The notes under the pieces are model-generated. The model saw only the letters and a list, made by a program, of their open reading frames with translations, was not told the DNA's origin and made no database searches. This document shows positions 59,337-64,000 of a DNA stretch of 64,000 nt, piece by piece (positions within the stretch are counted from its first letter, which is position 1; each line of letters starts with the position of its first letter). The translations under genes were made by a program, and so were the position numbers. Source of the DNA: Entomortierella parvispora E1425 (Eukaryota > Fungi > Mortierellomycota); contig BQFW01000005.1 of assembly GCA_020891255.1 (NCBI GenBank), positions 1,364,001 to 1,428,000 on the forward strand, written 5' to 3'.

Positions 59337-62300
59337 TCAAAGTTCACTCTCTAGCGCATCCTGAGCCTCGGCATGATGGCCCACAGGAAGCGCTGCCATG
59401 CAGCTGTGGTTGAAGTGGTAAGAGACATTGTCTACTCTCTTAATATCATCCCCCGAGATAGTTGTAAAAACAAACCTGCGACTATCGCGCTCGAGCTCTT
59501 CCTTGCAAGCACCGCAAACAGGCCGCTTCCCTTTCTTGCTGACAGAACAAACACTAAGACCAGCAGGGTAGTAGGTCTTCTTACTACGGCGGGTCTTGAG
59601 AGTGTCTTGAAAGGGTGGCAAAGTGACCTCTCCTCTTTGGCTTCGGCGAGTGCCAATCACCTTGGTTTCGCTACTGGCAGTACTCTTGGCCTTGCCATTA
59701 GCACTGACAGACGGAGAGCCCTTCTGAGGCTTGGCAGACTCCTTGCACGGATTGGTATCACTCCTGTCAACAGTACTGGTGCTATGTGATTCGGCATCTG
59801 CAGTTGGGCTGCCATTGCTTGAGCCCATCGAAACGACATCTTTTGCGATCAGCGACAAGTCCTCCTCCGGGTCTGGGCGCTCAATAATATACCAAACATG
59901 AATGATTCGGTAGCCAGGGGGATGAGTGACCGACTTGATTGGTACATTGCGGATGAGTCTTCCTCTTCTCGCTCCATCATACACAAATGCAACCGTACCA
60001 GCAAAGACCGTGCAACAGAAGTGCGTCCCGTTACTGTACATTATGGCTGCTCGCTTGTAATCCTTGAGGTTCATGGTCAGAAACGCCGGAGGTATACATG
60101 GTCCTGCTTCTCCATTGACTTCATAAGCGGATTGAAGGAAGTCGAGAACCAACATATAGGGATGGGTTGTCAAAGTTATCGGTCCTGTTGATTTTTCTCT
60201 CTCCTGCGCAGGCGTGCCAAAACTCAAGCCCTCCATCGACATTGATCAGCGACTCCACTCTTGTGTCCTCTCCGATCATCTCGGAATCACCCCCAGATGA
60301 TACGTCGACCTTGGTTGAACAAGTAAACTCAGTCTGACGAGTCCATGATTGGTCAAAAGAACTCTGGGTAATCCTCGCGCAGGCCGACATCACAACTGCT
60401 CTTGGGGTGAACATTTCGATCCGCTGTGGACATTCCAATCGGGTGCACTCCGTCGTTCTTACTGTCTCGAAACGCGTCAAACCAGGTAGAATATCAAGAA
60501 ATACCTCCTCCAAACTCTTGAAGAGGTCATGGTGCTGATCTCCAGCTAGCTCCATCGCCTCAGTGCACCACAGCTCTCGCGCGTAGTCGTACCGTGTGGC
60601 CCGGATCTCCTCCATAACTCGTAACAACGTTTGACCCGCATTTGATCTTGCGACGGCTGATGGGAGAGTCGCCCCAGAATGTTTTGATAGCAGGAACCAG
60701 GCCATCAAAGTTGTGTCGACAGGGCAACTGTTCTCGAATGTGAATCGATTCGCAACAGGCTCTTGTCTCCTCCATGGGATCCCAAAGGTATCCCAGTCGA
60801 TATCTCCGACAGATCTGATGGAGGGCAATACATTACGACTTCCTCTTGGCCGTCCTGCACCTCTGCCTTCGGTGTCCCTTCCTGTGTCCCTGGGTCCGAT
60901 GACACGCTTTCTTTTGGCACCCTTTGCTTTGGTGTTGGTTTCTTCGTCAAGAAGGGCCTTGGTGGTGTCCGGTGCTCGACCGTCATTGGTGTACTTGACA
61001 TTTACCAGTGGCTTTCTTGGCACGAAGCTGTCGTGTTGTGCCCGCAACTTCATCCCAGCAGTCTTCCTTCGATTTTTTGCACCTTCTCTGGATGATCGAG
61101 ACCTCTGTGTAGGATTTTCCTTCCTGCTGTCCTTGTAGCGAAGAACACCACCCTGACACACGAATTCGAAGTCCTCCATGAAGCTCTCTTGGTATCTGAC
61201 GATCGCTGAGACCCCTTGGATGATCGAGCAAGTTGGGTGCGTACGCTTGACGAATAACTTGAAGTCTCCTCCCAGACTCTCCTGGGCGTTGGTGTCTTTA
61301 CTGATTGTTTCCTTCGCTGCAACATCCCGAAGTGCAGGGAAAATAATCTTGGAACGATCTTGATGAAGGTAGAAGTCAAGCCAACGGCGGATCTTGGGAA
61401 ACCTCTCTAATAATCCGGCTACCATATTATCGAACTCGAAGCGGGTCACAGAGCTGGATGCAAGCATCATGGCGTCAACGTAGAAGTCCATCTCCTTTCC
61501 CGGTGGAATAATGGCGCCATTTTTGCGAATCCGGACTACCGATCGCTCGTAATGGACAATGCAGTAGCCAAAGTATCGCTCGAGAACGAAGTCTTCAGGA
61601 GCGATGTCAAAACGCTCAAGGACAGCGTCTTTGAATCCAATTCGCTCTGCATCTGCAAAGTCACAGGTCATCCCAGGAAAGTTTTCGTCGAAGTCGTCCC
61701 AGTCTCGATAATTAAGGACGTCGAATACGGCCAGGAAATGCTTCTTGTAGTGTTCGGAGGTCTTGCCAAGGTGGATCGTCATTGTTATCGGTACTGTCCG
61801 GTCAACAAAATCACTGAAGGCCGAGGTGACCGTAACGCAGATATCGGCGTAGTGGTCGTCCGTTACAATATCATGAATCGAATCCGTCGACAACGAAGAA
61901 TCCAGTGTCTGAGCGTGCTCTCGGATAAAGTCAATGACAATTGATATGTGTCCATCAAACGATGAAATACTTGAGGACACTACGAAGCAGGACCCGACCA
62001 CTTCCTCCAAAGCCGCTAGCGAACCAAGGTCGTTGGCGCTTCGATTCTTGTGTATGATCTTGTTCCGGAGGTGTCTCACATAGCTGAGATTGCGATATAC
62101 CATATACTTCCGGCTGATGGGGTCTCGCAACTCCGTCTTGTGGAGAAGGTGCTTGGGTCTGCTTTCAGGAGCCGTAGAAACAATCGTCTCCAGGTAATTC
62201 AACGCATCCTGCGACGCGCGCTTCGGGATTGGTGCCTGATGTGTATGGTAACCGCGATGGGTGAACTTGATGCATCCCCCTTCCTCGACCAAATCCAGGA

Positions 62301-62809
62301 CAGCTGTACATGGCAGATGTTCAAGCTCTCTCTCGTGGATAGCGCAAAATTGGCTCTCGGGTGTGTCCGACATGTCGATACGCGTTTCGCCTGTGACGTA
62401 ATCAACAGGTCCATTAACTTTTGGTCGCCGCACCCACCGACAGTCAGGAGCTGGGCATCGCAGAATACCAAGGCACTTTTTGTGGATTTTGATCATTGAC
62501 CCATCAGATTTGATATTGCGCCGGTAAACTTGAGTCGCCCAGCCTACACTCCGAGCGAGTAAAATGGTGTCATAGTCCTGGACATTGCGCTTAAACTTGA
62601 TGTTTCCATTTGGGAACTCGTCGCTTGACTCGAGGCTTCTACAATTCGTTTTTTTTAAAAAAAAAAAAAGTTAGCAGACAGACTATAGCCCCGAGAGGAA
62701 TGAGATGAGATGCAGTAGTATCCATACCCTCTGCTATTTTCTGAGGAAGCTGCCTCTCTCGAGGACTTTAGTTTCTGCTCGTCAGCAGGCGTAGCACCGA
62801 CATGCAGCC
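59337..62809 (-). CDS. Mutator-like transposase with GCM domain, AT-hook, USP-like protease and PARP-type zinc finger (one frameshift at about 60194)
   Basis: GCM: EFPNG..VGWA..KKCLGILRC..C..H.C..H.H.H. MULE: STDSIH, TCDFADAE, CIVH, TNAQES. AT-hook GRPRG. Protease: NSC, THF, YDG. Zinc finger: CGAC..YHFNHSC. An upstream exon at 62727-62809 splices in frame. Confidence 0.8.
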
Positions 62810-63026
62810 TAAAAAAGACAAGAATCTGAATAAATACCAGGGAACGTACGAGAACGACACAGAAAAAAGACGACAGGGATCAACATAAAACGTCATCAAG
62901 TGGCGAACATACCCAGCCTGACAGAAATTGTAGGTCTAGCATTTAAAACATAGGAGTATGGCGGTTAGGACCACTAGCAATCGATCCTCACCATGGCTTG
63001 GGATCAAGGAACTGTCGTCGACGTTC

Positions 63027-63057
<31 letters not shown>

Positions 63058-63143
63058 TACAGGTCATCTGGAATAACGATAGGGTTATTTGAGCTATAAA
63101 AGAAAGAGAGATTAGATCGAAAGAAAAAAGGAACACACCAAAG

Positions 63144-63940
63144 TCAATTGAACTTCTGATCATCATACCTGGAGCAGGGTTTTCTCACTTCATGACGAGA
63201 GCCGGGGTAATAACAGACAAACGGATCAGCAACTGGATGACCAGCAAAAGAGACGCCAGCAAGATGGCCAGCAAATGGGCCTGCAAGACCTGCATATGGA
63301 CCAGCATCAGGGTGTCCAACATATGGACCAGCAAATGGATGACCAGCAAATCGACGACCATCAAGTGGACCAGCAACAGGAAGCTTGGCAATCGGACCAA
63401 TAAAAGGGCCAGAAACAGGACGAGAAACAGGAAGCGGGCTATACACAGTAGAATACGTCAGCTTTCAGATATATGAAGGAAGGATGACAGTACTTATGGG
63501 ATGAAAGCCCTTACCCAGAATATGATCTTCTTAATCCATTAGGATGTAAGGTCATAGGTTTGGCCGCAGGAGTGGATGCCGTGTCAATTGCGAACTTGGT
63601 GCAAGTAGCAGGTTTGACAGATGCGACGACTCGGAGGGCAGGCGCCACAGGCGCTGCAATCAGGGGGGGTGGGCACCACAGGTGCGGCAATTGGGGGGGT
63701 AGGCACCACAGGCGCAGCAATCGGGGGGGTGGGCACCACAGGCGCGGTATTTACGGTCTTATCGAGCGCTGAAGGTGTGCTAAACGGGGAAACAGACCTG
63801 GCAACTGGGGAAATAGACCGCGCAATTGACGGGGAAATAGACCGCGCAATTGACGGGGCAGACACACAAGCTCCGGTCTTGGCAAGTGTAGCAGGTGCAG
63901 CAACTGGGGAGGGGGAGAGCCTTTTCGAAAACTTTGCCAC
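63144..63940 (-). other. Repeat-rich probable coding exons (Pro/Ala- and Gly/Pro/His-rich); possibly the 5' part of the MULE gene or a separate gene
   Basis: Tandem units APVVPTPPIA x3, SIARSISP x2-3 and FAGHP/YAG-like units; GT/AG sites are present but I could not close the phases. Confidence 0.4.
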
Positions 63941-64000
63941 AAGTCTAGACAGAAAAGAAAAGCGGGATCAAAGGCGAAATAATGAGTAAATTAGCAAGGA

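Overview
Eukaryotic, intron-containing fungal DNA. The gene content and intron style suggest an early-diverging fungus such as Mortierellaceae, which is an inference only. Positions 1 to about 24.4 kb form a transposon-dense accessory compartment. It holds a young full-length Ty3/Gypsy chromovirus (identical 111-bp LTRs, ACCGT TSD) inserted into one arm of an inverted repeat, two related LTR-element relics, a complete pogo/Tigger element (about 117-bp TIRs, TA TSD), and an IS630/Tc1-like DD34E transposase tail-to-tail with an unknown partner gene. It also holds degraded nuclease-like pseudogenes and small Cys-rich secreted-protein genes. Positions 26-59 kb are mostly core genes: a CEP120 orthologue, an HSL-type alpha/beta hydrolase, an F-box/LRR protein, V-ATPase subunit c, a PH/coiled-coil protein, PET127 and an SHPRH/IRC20-like SNF2-RING protein, plus an intact piggyBac transposase ORF. 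The top candidate for a novel system is at 59.3-62.8 kb: a Mutator-type DDE transposase with an N-terminal GCM domain, apparently fused to an AT-hook, a USP-like Cys-His-Asp protease and a PARP-type zinc finger. Other notable points are an in-frame UAG between gag and pol that sits inside a strong hairpin, a bipartite initiator-tRNA primer site, and a centriolar gene in a probably non-flagellated fungus. All family calls come from motif recognition by eye; no database searches were run. Several +1 frameshifts at homopolymer runs may be assembly errors.
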